Numbered from the stretch's first letter, positions 18,836 through 28,729 are shown. The stretch: DNA of 64,000 nt from Polyangiaceae bacterium (GCA_965222375.1 CBDCTZ010000015.1:320001-384000), one strand, 5' to 3'. Translations and numbers: made by a program. Notes: a model not told the origin generated them from the sequence alone.

Positions 18836-19877
18836 GCCCGCCAAGAAAGGCACACGGTCCTTACTTGCACCAGCAACCCTTCAGCTATCGCGCCTCGCCG
18901 CGACGACGATTGCCATTTCCGTTGCGGGCACCGCAGCAGCCCAGGCGGACCCAACAGAGGTCGACCCCGCCGCCGCGGCGCTCTTTCGCAAAGGCCGAGA
19001 GCTGATCGCCCAAGGCGATTGGGACGGAGGCTGCGCGAAGTTCCGCGCCAGCTTGGCGCGACATACGTCGGCAAGCACGGTGCTGAACTTGGCCAAGTGT
19101 GCCGAGCACTACGGCAAGACCGCGTCCGCCTGGGCGTTGTATCAGCGCGCGGTCGTGGTGAACCGCGAGACCCGGCTCGAGAAGCGGCGACGCGCGCTAG
19201 ATGAGATCGCCAGAGCGGGTATCGCCAAGCTACAGCCAAAACTCCCACGCCTGTTCGTGGTGGTTGCAGATGCTCCAGAGGGCGTCGACGTGCAAGAGTC
19301 GGGACGCAGCTTGCCGCTGGAAGAAGCGGTTCCCCTCGATCAGGGTACGCGCAAGATCACGGTGTCAGCACCCGGCTTCGAGCAGTCGACCCACAACGTC
19401 GAGCTGAAGCCCGGTGAAACGGCGCGACTGGAGGTCCAGCTGAAGCGCGTGCCCGAGCAGCCAGAAGCCCCAGCTCCCGCGAAAACCGACCCGAAGACGC
19501 CTCAGAAGGACACCACGAAAGATCAGCCCGCGGGGGAGGTGCCAACTTGGGCTTGGGTGGTCGGCGGAGGCGGCATCGTGGCTACGGGCGTCGCGGTGTT
19601 CTTCGTCTTTGATGCGATCGATGCGCGCAATCAGCTCGTCAAACGCTGCGGGTCCGATCTGGTCTGCAACGAAGATCCCAGTTTCGACCCGGGGCCCCTC
19701 AACTCGCGCAAGAACCGCAGCATCGGTCTCGCTGGCGGGCTGGGAGCCGCCGGAGCCATCGCCATCACGGCGTCGGCGGTCGCGATCCTCTCCGTGCCGT
19801 CTGGCTCAACAAGCGCTAGCGGAGGCGTGTGGCTGGCGCCCGGGACTGCGGGCGGCAACGTGCGATTGCGGTTCTGA
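18825..19877 (+). CDS. TPR plus PEGA domain protein (partner of the kinase)
   Basis: AAALFRKGREL...GCAKF...LNLAKC TPR-like; LDQGTRKITVSAPG PEGA-like; C-terminal hydrophobic segments; overlaps kinase stop. Confidence 0.8.
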   Translation: MSCEPAKKGTRSLLAPATLQLSRLAATTIAISVAGTAAAQADPTEVDPAAAALFRKGRELIAQGDWDGGCAKFRASLARHTSASTVLNLAKCAEHYGKTASAWALYQRAVVVNRETRLEKRRRALDEIARAGIAKLQPKLPRLFVVVADAPEGVDVQESGRSLPLEEAVPLDQGTRKITVSAPGFEQSTHNVELKPGETARLEVQLKRVPEQPEAPAPAKTDPKTPQKDTTKDQPAGEVPTWAWVVGGGGIVATGVAVFFVFDAIDARNQLVKRCGSDLVCNEDPSFDPGPLNSRKNRSIGLAGGLGAAGAIAITASAVAILSVPSGSTSASGGVWLAPGTAGGNVRLRF

Positions 19878-19903
19878 CAACCCGGGCACAACACGACCCG
19901 TGG

Positions 19904-20701
19904 CTAGCGCGGCAGCGTCTCGTGGCGCCCTGCGTGCGCCAGGGCGCGGCGTTCCGCTGCTTCGCTCTCTGCTTCCAGTTTCTTCGTTTCCTGGAGAGCG
20001 GCTTTCATCGTCTCTTCCGACCAGGCGAAGGTTCCGAACAACCAATCCCACAACGGCGAACTGATGCCCATGTTCAGATGGAAGAGCTTGAAGTGGTGGA
20101 CCGCGTGAGCTCGCCTCAAGAGCTTACCGACGCGCGTTTTCGGATTCCGAAAGTGGTGCGTGTAGTAGTGCGTCCAGTCGTAGAACAAGTACCCGGCGCT
20201 GATACCGCCAAATAGGATGAACGCTTGGGTCGGCGGCAGCAGCAGCCAACATAGAGCGAAGAGCACGATGCCAATGGGCCAGCTCATCAGCGGTGGAGCA
20301 ACCAGGCGCAAGCGGTCGTTCGGGAACTGGTGGTGGAGCCCGTGCATGAGAAAGAGGCGAATGCGCGCCTTCTCGTCATTTCCGGCGTCCCAGTGGAACG
20401 CGAACCGGTGCAGCACGTACTCGAGCAGCGTGAAGCCAACCATGCCCGCTCCGAATAGCCCGATGTGCGCCGCTATTCGGGGTCCGGACGAGAGCGCGAG
20501 GAAGGCTCCGTAGGCGACCGCCCAGCCGAACCACACGCCCGGGAGGACCGGATGGGAGCTCGCCAGTACGTGCTCCACGAAGGGGTTCTTGTACACGCGG
20601 ATCCGGTTGATCTTCCGGTTCTCGGGGCTGGGAGCACCCATCGTCCCGTCCCAGTGCTGGACGGTGGTCAGGAATTCGTCGGTGAACTCGAAGAGCGCCA
20701 C
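19904..20701 (-). CDS. Fatty acid hydroxylase / sterol desaturase family (FA2H/Scs7-like, no cytochrome b5 domain)
   Basis: His boxes EYVLHRFAFH, HGLHH, YDWTHYYTHH, HAVHH; RLVAPP; GISSPLWDWLFGT. Confidence 0.88.
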   Translation of the reverse strand: MALFEFTDEFLTTVQHWDGTMGAPSPENRKINRIRVYKNPFVEHVLASSHPVLPGVWFGWAVAYGAFLALSSGPRIAAHIGLFGAGMVGFTLLEYVLHRFAFHWDAGNDEKARIRLFLMHGLHHQFPNDRLRLVAPPLMSWPIGIVLFALCWLLLPPTQAFILFGGISAGYLFYDWTHYYTHHFRNPKTRVGKLLRRAHAVHHFKLFHLNMGISSPLWDWLFGTFAWSEETMKAALQETKKLEAESEAAERRALAHAGRHETLPR

Positions 20702-20709
20702 GGGGTCCG

Positions 20710-21675
20710 TCAGACCTGCCCGTCGGCGGTGGCGGCTTGCACATCCATCAGCTCAGGGGCGTCGGGCTTTCGTTCCTCTTCGGGACAATCGAAGGGCGCG
20801 CGCCCCACCTGTACCGTGCCGAGGCTGGGAATGAACAGCGCAAGCACGTGCTGTTGGAAGAAGAACCACCACATACTCCGATGGCACAGCCGAGGATCGA
20901 TCTCGTCCTTGATCTTGTCATGAGCGGCGGCGGCATCAGCCCAATGCAGGTTCGCCTGATCGTGGTGAACGGTGTGATAGCCGTTGCCGAAGAGCAGGAA
21001 GTTCAAGAACTTCCCGGTGAAGTTCCGGGAGTGGTTCCTCTTCGACCAGGGATCCGTGTGCACATGCTGGGTGTAGTTGAAGAGCATCACCGTCCACAGC
21101 GCGAAGAACGCCGGGATGCCCACGCCGAAAGCGTAGACCGCGAGGCCTTCAGACAAGCCGAATAGCACGATGGCGAGCACCGCAAAGGCGATGTGGGTGC
21201 CGTAGGTCACCACGTATTGAGTGATAATGCGACGGTGGAGCGCGGGGTTCCGCTCCTTCGCCTGGCGGATGAAATCCTTGATCCAGAAACCCTGGTAGTA
21301 GGCCGAGACGAAGAAGTAGGTGCTGGCCACCAAGGCGTTGTGCTTGTTGGTGAAGCGCCAGGTGATCGTCGCGTCGCCGTGCTTGTTGATGAGCTTGTGG
21401 TGGTTCAGGTTATGGGTCGGCGTCCACGCGAACACTGGGTAGCCGTAGAAGACCGAAATCCAGTGCGAGAAAAAGCGATTGGCGGACTTCGTCTTCAGCG
21501 TGGGGCGGTGCATGTGGTTGTGCGCGATGACCGCGCAGCTCACCGCGAAGTACATGCTGAAGGGGAACAACACCCAGCGGAGGTCCGGGCGGACATAATG
21601 CGCCACGGCCAGGCCAGGCGTCAGAATGAACACCCAGAGTAGCGTTCGGTAGTCTGCGGGCTGTTTGGGGAGCAT
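20710..21675 (-). CDS. Membrane fatty acid desaturase
   Basis: His boxes HNHMH, HNLNHH, GYHTVHH; several TM segments. Confidence 0.88.
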   Translation of the reverse strand: MLPKQPADYRTLLWVFILTPGLAVAHYVRPDLRWVLFPFSMYFAVSCAVIAHNHMHRPTLKTKSANRFFSHWISVFYGYPVFAWTPTHNLNHHKLINKHGDATITWRFTNKHNALVASTYFFVSAYYQGFWIKDFIRQAKERNPALHRRIITQYVVTYGTHIAFAVLAIVLFGLSEGLAVYAFGVGIPAFFALWTVMLFNYTQHVHTDPWSKRNHSRNFTGKFLNFLLFGNGYHTVHHDQANLHWADAAAAHDKIKDEIDPRLCHRSMWWFFFQQHVLALFIPSLGTVQVGRAPFDCPEEERKPDAPELMDVQAATADGQV

Positions 21676-22055
21676 GGGTCCTCGCTATTTTCGAATCTGT
21701 GCATCAGCGCATGCCGCGCGCCGAGCGGGGCGTCAATCTCGTGGCCGTCGGGAACGCCCGTTTGTAGCCGAGCTGTGGCACGACACCACCGAGTTTCGCG
21801 CCAAAAGTTGACATCCATCAAGAGCCCCGCTGCTCCTGGGGCGGCGCATCTGGCAGCTCCAGGGCGCGTCGGCGATGGCGATTCTCTTCGTGCCCTAGGC
21901 CCCTCGGGCGCAAGCAGGGGCGTGGGCTGGCGCGCGGCACGGTCGGCGGAAACGTACGACTACGGTTCCAGCTAGAGTCCTGCTTTCAGCGTTTTGTGCC
22001 GGTCAAGTTCGACAACAGGGCTCAAGCAAGGTTGGCGCGTTGCACCGAAGACGCG

Positions 22056-23207
22056 CTACTTCGCCGCTTTGCGGTAGATCGCCTTGCTTGTACTCCAGTA
22101 GACGAAGCCATCTTTGACGACAGCATCGTGTGCGTCCGAGGTCGCGTGGAACTCGGTTGCCGGACCACCGGTCACTGGAATGCTACGAATACCGCTGGTG
22201 CTAATGTAGTACAAGTTCGCAGCGTCGGCGCTCAGGCTGGTCACTGTTCCCGCCGCCGTTGAGAGCGGCGTCAGCTTCTTGTTGTCGATGCGACCCACCG
22301 TCCCACCCTCGGTTGCGTAGAACAGCTGCGTATCGTTCTCCGCAAGTTCGACGACCTTCACATTCTTGGCGATTGTCTCACGGACGCCGCCGGCCGTCGG
22401 GGTGCGATGCAGTTCCTTGAAGTTGATATCACTGAAATACGCGAAGCCATTGTGACCAGCAATCGTTCGCCCCCATCCTACCTGGCCGTATGAAACCTTT
22501 CCCGTGCCCGAACTCTCGACCGAACCCACTCCGTCGATACCTCCTGACCAAAAGATGGTGCTCCCATCGACATCCAGCTCGGAGCCACTCCACATTCCCG
22601 TGACCAAATCCGTTACGGCGCCGGTCGTCAACGACGTCCGACGAAGCACCGCGGGCCCCACGTCATCAAGCGTATACGCGTTACCTGCGCCCAGCTTGAC
22701 CAGCTTGGTGCTGCCGGTGAACCCGCTCACCTTGAGCACTTTGCCTCCCGTCGTCGGTAGTCGCCACAGAGCGGAGCCGCTAGTGACCGCAATCACGCTC
22801 CCGTCAACGTCCAGCTTCCTGAAGCTGGGGTAGCCAGGAGCCGTCGATTGACCTAGCAGCTGGGCACCGTCCGCTCCGGTTCCGCCGGTTCCGCCGCCAC
22901 CCGCCGCACCGCCCGATCCGCCACTACCCGACGCGCCCGCACTGCCCGACGCGCCCGCACTGCCCGACGCGCCCGCACTGCCCGACGCGCCCGCGCTGCC
23001 CGCAGAGCCACCGTTTCCGGAAGAGCCTCCACTGCTCGCGCCTCCACTGCCTGCGCCCCCGCCGCTCGCGCCCCCACTTCCAGAGCCCGACGAGCCACCG
23101 GTGTTGGTCCCTGCATCATCGGGCCCGTTTGCAGAACTGGATTCACTGCCACAGCCGACGATCATCAGAGATGTCATCAACCAGGCTCCGCCAATATGCT
23201 TTTTCAT
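22056..23207 (-). CDS. Lipoprotein with Gly/Ser linker and beta-propeller (DUF5050-like) domain
   Basis: GGAGG RBS; MIVGC-GSES; repeated LDVDGS.I.W and ADAANLYY blades. Confidence 0.8.
   Translation of the reverse strand: MKKHIGGAWLMTSLMIVGCGSESSSANGPDDAGTNTGGSSGSGSGGASGGGAGSGGASSGGSSGNGGSAGSAGASGSAGASGSAGASGSAGASGSGGSGGAAGGGGTGGTGADGAQLLGQSTAPGYPSFRKLDVDGSVIAVTSGSALWRLPTTGGKVLKVSGFTGSTKLVKLGAGNAYTLDDVGPAVLRRTSLTTGAVTDLVTGMWSGSELDVDGSTIFWSGGIDGVGSVESSGTGKVSYGQVGWGRTIAGHNGFAYFSDINFKELHRTPTAGGVRETIAKNVKVVELAENDTQLFYATEGGTVGRIDNKKLTPLSTAAGTVTSLSADAANLYYISTSGIRSIPVTGGPATEFHATSDAHDAVVKDGFVYWSTSKAIYRKAAK
22925..23000 (-). repeat. Coding tandem repeat, 18-bp unit (GSAGAS) x about 4
   Basis: cccgacgcgcccgcactg repeated almost perfectly. 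Confidence 0.85.
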
Positions 23208-23742
23208 TTCTGACCTCCGCCATTGAACCGAACGGGACGTCGATTACCCCGCCTCATGAACGAGTCATTTCTTGGTACGGATGCGTTTCGCGCGTTGTTC
23301 CCGAAGTAGACGGAAGTAAGTGAACGGTACGCTCTGCCATACCAAATCCGAACTAGGCTGCGCTCTGCGCGATTCCCGGTCTTCCTGCGCACGGGGTTGG
23401 TCGCGTGGAAGGCGGGAGTGTTCGGGTGGTCGGGTGGACCAGACCGCGTTTTTCTTCTCAACAGCTTGCGGTCGGGCGTGTGCACAGCAGTGGACGCGGA
23501 GTTGTCGCGGTAACTACCGGGGAGGCGAGGATCGCGGATGGGGTCGGCGGGCGGCACTGCGGCATCGAGTGGAGCAACGGCCGCAGGCGCCTTGGCTCGC
23601 TTTGCTACGACGGCGTCGCTGACGGGTGGCGACGGAACCGCGGGGCTCGAGGCGCGCGCGGGTTGGGCGGCACCGGGGACAGGAAAGAGGCGAGGAAGGC
23701 CCCACCTAACCAATTCACTTCGGGATGCCGCGCAGGCCTCGA

Positions 23743-24384
23743 TCAGCTCCCGGAAAACTCGCGTCGCAGAGACGCCACTGCGGCGCGGACGGCCTTGCGG
23801 GCGTCTTCCGCTTGACCGATATCGGCTCCCGCCGCAATTTCTTCGAAGCTTTCGCCGCGCAGCCAGGCCGTGAGGGCTGCGTATTGAGCGGGGGGCAGGC
23901 GCTGCTGAGCAAATTCGAGCAGCTGACGTGCAGTTTGCGCGGCAGTGACCGGAGGACGAGTTCCTCGCTCGTCGACGGGCAGGGTCAGCGTAAACTCGTT
24001 CAGCACGCGCACGGGGCTCAAGGGCGGTTCGGCTTCCTTTTGGGCGCGGTGGCCGCGCTGATGATCTCGCGCAGCGTTCGCCAAGACGATCCTGATCCAA
24101 TCGTGGAAGGTCTTGTCCGGGTGTCGCTCGCACCAGCTTTGATATGAGCGCAAGCCGTGCAGGTCGTTGCGGCTCAGCTTCTCGATCACCGTCACTGCGA
24201 TCTCGCGGCGGTCGTCCTCGCTCTGCGCCAGAAGCCGCAGGCGCCGACTCGTGGCGAGCAAGCTCATCATTTCAGGCCAAATCGCGTTGACCAGGTGCAT
24301 GAAGGCAGCCGGCGGCCCCGACAGCGCCCTCTGGGCGAGGCGCTCGGCGTTCTTGACGTCAAAACCGTCGATGGGGCCGGCCAC
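23743..24384 (-). CDS. Divergent ECF-type sigma-70 factor
   Basis: Region-2-like FHDWIRIVLANAARD; region-4-like LPPAQYAALTAWLRGESFEEIA. Confidence 0.65.
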   Translation of the reverse strand: MAGPIDGFDVKNAERLAQRALSGPPAAFMHLVNAIWPEMMSLLATSRRLRLLAQSEDDRREIAVTVIEKLSRNDLHGLRSYQSWCERHPDKTFHDWIRIVLANAARDHQRGHRAQKEAEPPLSPVRVLNEFTLTLPVDERGTRPPVTAAQTARQLLEFAQQRLPPAQYAALTAWLRGESFEEIAAGADIGQAEDARKAVRAAVASLRREFSGS

Positions 24385-24536
24385 ATCTGACTATTACCAC
24401 CCCCGGACAGTGCCCGCGCCTTGACCAAAGTGCGGCGCCCGCTAGCCTTCGCGTGACGTTTCGCGGCGATGCCTCGTTTGGTCTAGATGTGCAGCAGAGT
24501 TCTGCGGCCTGACGCAAGCAACCTGGAGTCCTTAGA

Positions 24537-25943
24537 ATGAAACACGACCTTTTTCCGGCGTTTGGTCGCCGGGTACGCACCCTTTCTGGAATCGCCCTGA
24601 CCCTTTTCGTCTCGGTGTATTCGGGGGTGGCCTGCTCAGATGCCCAGTCCGGCCAGGGTGCAGGTGCAGCCGGCGGCGCTGGTGGTGCAGGCGCATGCCC
24701 CCTCGCGGTGCTGTGCGACGGACAAAACGTCGCGACCCTGAATACCTGCAGCCAGGTGAAGCAGGTGCTCACGGCGTGTCCCAAGAGTTGTCATCAGGGC
24801 GACTGCGTGGATTGTGTACCGGGCGCGGGGCAGATCTGCGTCGGCAACGACGTGTACGAAATTGACAGTTGCGGCACCCAGGGCGCCCTCAAAGAAAGCT
24901 GCCCCAACGGTTGCGCGAGCGGTAGCTGCATCGCGGCGGGCTGCACGCCCAAAGCGGCGAAGACCTGCGTTGGGGACACGGTCTTTTCCGTCGACTCCTG
25001 TGGCAATCGAGAGAACGCCGAGCAGATCTGCAAAGCTGGTTGTGAAAATGGAGCGTGCAAGTCCTGCACGCCCAACGCCTTCACGGCCTGCTTCGGCGGC
25101 GACATCTACTCCCTGGACAGCTGCGAGGGACTCGGACCCATCGCTCAAGACTGTCCCGACACATGCGAGTTCAGCGGCGGCAGCGTCAAGTGCGTGACGA
25201 ATACGACGTGTACCAAGAACAGCTCCCTGACTTGCTTCCTGGGCGACATTCACTGGGTCGACAGCTGCGGCGGCATCCAGCCGGACATCAGCGAGGACTG
25301 CCCCAGCGGCTGCGACACCTCGGGCTGCCTGCCCTGCGTGCCGACCCCCGCGGGCAAGACCTGCGTGGGCAACGCCGTCCACGAACTGCTCGGGGGCTGC
25401 CCAGGCGTGGCTCCCACGCCTGGGAACAAGCTGGAAGATTGCGCCAACGGCTGCGCGAACGGCGCTTGTTTGCCTCCGGGTTGCGTGCCTGACGTGGGCC
25501 GTATCTGCGTCGGCTCCGCGGTGCACAACGTGGACTCTTGCGGCAAAGCGGGAACCTTGATCCAGGCGTGCCCGACGGGTTGCACCAAGGGTGCGTGTAA
25601 TCCCACGGGTAGCGGCGGCGGTGGCGGCACCGGCGGCGTGGGCACCGGCGGCGCGGGTGGCACCGGGGGTGGCGGCGCGGAAACGTGCACGTGCACCAAC
25701 AACGACGGGATCCAGTGCATCACAGGTACGACGCAAACCAACTGCACCGGCTGCTTCAATGGGGGTTCCTGCCCGAACCCGACGCTGTGCAACGCCGCTT
25801 GCTTGAGCGAGTTCACCTGCGGAGACGGCGGCATTATCGTTGGCGGCGGCTGGCTCGGCGATTGCTCGGGCTGCCCGTCGACGAATAAGAGCGTGTGCTA
25901 CGACGCGCAGCTTTGCGCCACACTGAAGTGCGCCCTTCCGTAA
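24537..25943 (+). CDS. Cys-rich repeat lipoprotein (tandem copy 1)
   Basis: Signal ending GVAC; about 7 repeats of C.G..V...DSCG......C..GC..G.C; Gly linker before a distinct C-terminal Cys domain. Confidence 0.82.
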   Translation: MKHDLFPAFGRRVRTLSGIALTLFVSVYSGVACSDAQSGQGAGAAGGAGGAGACPLAVLCDGQNVATLNTCSQVKQVLTACPKSCHQGDCVDCVPGAGQICVGNDVYEIDSCGTQGALKESCPNGCASGSCIAAGCTPKAAKTCVGDTVFSVDSCGNRENAEQICKAGCENGACKSCTPNAFTACFGGDIYSLDSCEGLGPIAQDCPDTCEFSGGSVKCVTNTTCTKNSSLTCFLGDIHWVDSCGGIQPDISEDCPSGCDTSGCLPCVPTPAGKTCVGNAVHELLGGCPGVAPTPGNKLEDCANGCANGACLPPGCVPDVGRICVGSAVHNVDSCGKAGTLIQACPTGCTKGACNPTGSGGGGGTGGVGTGGAGGTGGGGAETCTCTNNDGIQCITGTTQTNCTGCFNGGSCPNPTLCNAACLSEFTCGDGGIIVGGGWLGDCSGCPSTNKSVCYDAQLCATLKCALP

Positions 25944-26049
25944 GCGCGGACCGCGCGCGTGACCTAACCTGCAGCGGCGTGGATTCGCTGGCCTCCCGAA
26001 GAGCATCCAGCGAGCCCGCGTCGCAACTTCCACCACATCGGACCAGACC

Positions 26050-27405
26050 ATGCATCGCAATCGTCTACACAGCGCCATCCACAGCCTGGGCACTCTCGCC
26101 CTGGCCATGCTGGGCATGGGCTACACAGTCAGCGCTTGCACCGATGCCCAAGCCGGTGACCCCGGTACGGGCGGTGCAGGAAGTGGTTGCAAGGTCGCCG
26201 TACTCTGTGACGGCAGCGAGCTGGTGGGCCTGGATACGTGCAACCAAGCCAAAACACCGCTCACGACCTGCCCCAAGGGCTGCCATCAAGGGCAGTGCGT
26301 GGACTGCGTTCCTGATGCCGGCCAACTCTGCGTCGGCAACGACGTGTATCCGATTGATAGCTGCGGCAACCAGGGCAAGCTCCAGGAGAGCTGCGTCAAG
26401 GGCTGCGCGAGCGGCAGCTGCGTAGCCGACAATTGCACCCCCAACGCGTCGAAGCAGTGCATTGGGGATACGGTGTTTTCCCTCGACTCTTGCGGAAACC
26501 TAGAAAACGCCGAGCAGGTCTGCGCCGCGGGTTGTGACAGCGGCGCGTGCAAGTCGTGTACGCCCAATACTTCTACTGCTTGTTTCGACGGCAATATCTA
26601 CTCCGTCGACAGCTGCCAAGGGCTGGGTGCGAAAGTCCAAGATTGCCCCGACGCCTGCGAGTTCAGTGCCGGCTCCGCGAAGTGTGTGTCGAACTCAGCA
26701 TGCACCAAGAACAACTCCTTGCAGTGCTTCCTGGGTGACATTCATTGGGTCGATAGCTGCGGCAACGTGCAGCCCGAGATCAGCGAGGACTGCCCCAGCG
26801 GTTGCAACAAGGCGGGTTGTTTGCCCTGCGTGCCCGCACCGACGGGCAAGACCTGCGTCGGCAAGGCGGTCCACGAGATTGTGGGAGGCTGTCCAGGCGC
26901 GCCGCCGGTCACCGGCAACAAGCTCGAAGACTGCGAGCATGGCTGCCAGAACGGCGCCTGTTTGCCAACAGCCTGTGTGCCGGGCGTTGGCAAGATCTGC
27001 GTCGGCAATGCCGTGCACTCAGCCGACTCATGCGGCAACCCTGGAACGCTGCTCCAGACCTGTCCCGTTGGAGGCGGCTGCACCCAAGGCACGTGCACCG
27101 CGGGCGAAGGGGGCCTGGTCGAAACCTGCAGCTGCGACCTGGTGGAGGGTGCCGAGCTTTATCTGTCCTGCGAGACCGGCATCACCAAGACGGAGTGCGG
27201 CGGCTGCCTTTGGGGCGAGGGCACGTGCCCGAATCCGACTCTGTGTGACAACTCGTGCTTGGGCGAGCTCCAGTGCTCCGATGGAGCCGTCATCCTCAGC
27301 CCGGACCGCAAGGTCGGCAACTGCTACAAGTGCCCCTCGACGAAGTACAGCGAGTGTTTCAACGCGAAGCTGTGCAACGCGGTCTGCCCGCCCCTCGGCG
27401 AATAG
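26050..27405 (+). CDS. Cys-rich repeat lipoprotein (tandem copy 2)
   Basis: Signal ending VSAC; repeats collinear with copy 1, e.g. CFLGDIHWVDSCG and ISEDCPSGC. Confidence 0.82.
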   Translation: MHRNRLHSAIHSLGTLALAMLGMGYTVSACTDAQAGDPGTGGAGSGCKVAVLCDGSELVGLDTCNQAKTPLTTCPKGCHQGQCVDCVPDAGQLCVGNDVYPIDSCGNQGKLQESCVKGCASGSCVADNCTPNASKQCIGDTVFSLDSCGNLENAEQVCAAGCDSGACKSCTPNTSTACFDGNIYSVDSCQGLGAKVQDCPDACEFSAGSAKCVSNSACTKNNSLQCFLGDIHWVDSCGNVQPEISEDCPSGCNKAGCLPCVPAPTGKTCVGKAVHEIVGGCPGAPPVTGNKLEDCEHGCQNGACLPTACVPGVGKICVGNAVHSADSCGNPGTLLQTCPVGGGCTQGTCTAGEGGLVETCSCDLVEGAELYLSCETGITKTECGGCLWGEGTCPNPTLCDNSCLGELQCSDGAVILSPDRKVGNCYKCPSTKYSECFNAKLCNAVCPPLGE

Positions 27406-27495
27406 CGGCGGCCGGGGCTCCATCGTGCGCCGAACCCAGGGCTGAACACGAGGACCGCAGAAGACTGCGCAGCAGCTCGCATCACGCAGCGACAG

Positions 27496-28620
27496 CTACT
27501 TGCTCGGATCGACCAACCCGTAGAGCGACCCCTTGCCCTTGGCGATTCTCACGTTGTCGTGAAAGAAGGTGCGTTCGACGATGTTCGCATCGTAGTTCTT
27601 GCCGTTGGGTGGCTTGCGCCAGGCGGTCTTGTACAGGCCAAGCTTCATCCAGCTGCCTCCAGCGTTCCCGTAGTCCGTAGGGCCAGAATAGTCCACGACC
27701 AGCTTTCCATTCATCCAGACCTCGAGGCGCCCATCGGCTTTCGGCGACCAAACGACGTGAAACACCCAGTCTGTCCAGCCGCCCTTCGTGACGGCCCCCA
27801 GGTCCTTCTCGAAAACGATCTTGTCCGTCCTCTTGCAGTCGTTCACGACATCTGGGCTGGCTTTGGCACGAACCACCCAATTGGTCCCTGCAATTCTGAG
27901 ATGCAAGGGCGGGTTTCCACCGGAGGAGCAGCCCGGAGTTGCGCCAGAGCCGTGATGCCACTGCACCACCGTATCGCCACTCAGCGCGTCCGTCTGATGT
28001 CCAACCGGCACGAAGACGCTCATGCCGTACCAATAGTCCACACCTTCCAATACGTTGTCGCGGGCCTCGCCCCGGGGGACCGCTTCAGTGCGATAGGAGA
28101 CGTTGCTAGTCAGCCGGTTCAGGTACGACTTCAGCGCGCGGCCACCGGATCGTGACTGCTCTGCGGATACTTCGGTGCAGTTTCCAGAGCAGTTTCCCCA
28201 CCAGCCGTAGCCCGCGGGCGCATCGATCTTGTCTTTGGTTGGCGGCTGCTTCAGCACCGCCTTTTCGAAATCGTCAAAGAAGATCAGGGTGCCGCTGCCG
28301 CTGGGCGTTCCACCATTCCCAGCGGAACCCGAGCTCCCAGCTGCAGCACCACCTCCTGCTGCACCGGCCGTAGCGCCGCCGCCGGCGGCACCCGCAGCGC
28401 CGGCCGTGGCGCCTCCTCCTGCTGCGCCCCCAGCGCCGGCTGCGGCGCCACCTCCTGCTGCGCCTCCACTCGTGGAGCCTCCGCTGGCGGGAAGCCCACC
28501 GGCGCCGGCGGCACCACCCTCGCTGTCATCCGACCCGCCACATCCGACGCACGCCACGAATACCGACACGACAGCAAGTCGTGTCAGGGGCCCATTGATC
28601 AACGAAGCACTTCGTTTCAT
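27496..28620 (-). CDS. Polysaccharide-lyase-type (beta-jelly-roll) lipoprotein
   Basis: ACVGC-GGSDDSE; Gly linker; RTEA, YWYGMSVFVP, VVQWH, WTDWVFHVVWS...GRLEVWMNGK, KLGLYK. Confidence 0.8.
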   Translation of the reverse strand: MKRSASLINGPLTRLAVVSVFVACVGCGGSDDSEGGAAGAGGLPASGGSTSGGAAGGGAAAGAGGAAGGGATAGAAGAAGGGATAGAAGGGAAAGSSGSAGNGGTPSGSGTLIFFDDFEKAVLKQPPTKDKIDAPAGYGWWGNCSGNCTEVSAEQSRSGGRALKSYLNRLTSNVSYRTEAVPRGEARDNVLEGVDYWYGMSVFVPVGHQTDALSGDTVVQWHHGSGATPGCSSGGNPPLHLRIAGTNWVVRAKASPDVVNDCKRTDKIVFEKDLGAVTKGGWTDWVFHVVWSPKADGRLEVWMNGKLVVDYSGPTDYGNAGGSWMKLGLYKTAWRKPPNGKNYDANIVERTFFHDNVRIAKGKGSLYGLVDPSK

Positions 28621-28633
28621 GCCTGGTTCTCCG

Positions 28634-28649
28634 AGCAAACCTCGTGCCG
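28634..28649 (-). promoter_or_regulatory. Putative sigma-54 -24/-12 promoter
   Basis: Minus strand CGGCACG-AGGT-TTGCT, near-consensus; 15 nt upstream of ATG 28620. Confidence 0.7.
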
Positions 28650-28711
28650 CGCACTTCCCGTGTGGATGCTAGCATTGAAAGGGGTTGGAAGGCGTTCTCC
28701 AGCCGGGCCCT

Positions 28712-28729
28712 AGTCGCATGAATGCGACT
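28712..28729. promoter_or_regulatory. Inverted repeat, candidate enhancer (UAS) for the sigma-54 promoter
   Basis: AGTCGCAT-GA-ATGCGACT, centred about 97 bp upstream of the predicted start site. Confidence 0.45.

Noticed and set aside
22925..23000. Short tandem repeats here and at 3367, 18618, 51378 and 63677 as a possible CRISPR array
   Set aside because: In-frame coding repeats with no unique spacers and no cas genes
23204..24133. 309-aa minus-strand ORF as an anti-sigma factor
   Set aside because: Overlaps the sigma gene out of frame, low complexity, no TM or ZAS motif
24500..24536. GACGCAAGC... as a c-di-GMP-I riboswitch
   Set aside because: P1/P2 stems and the GAAA tetraloop/receptor could not be found
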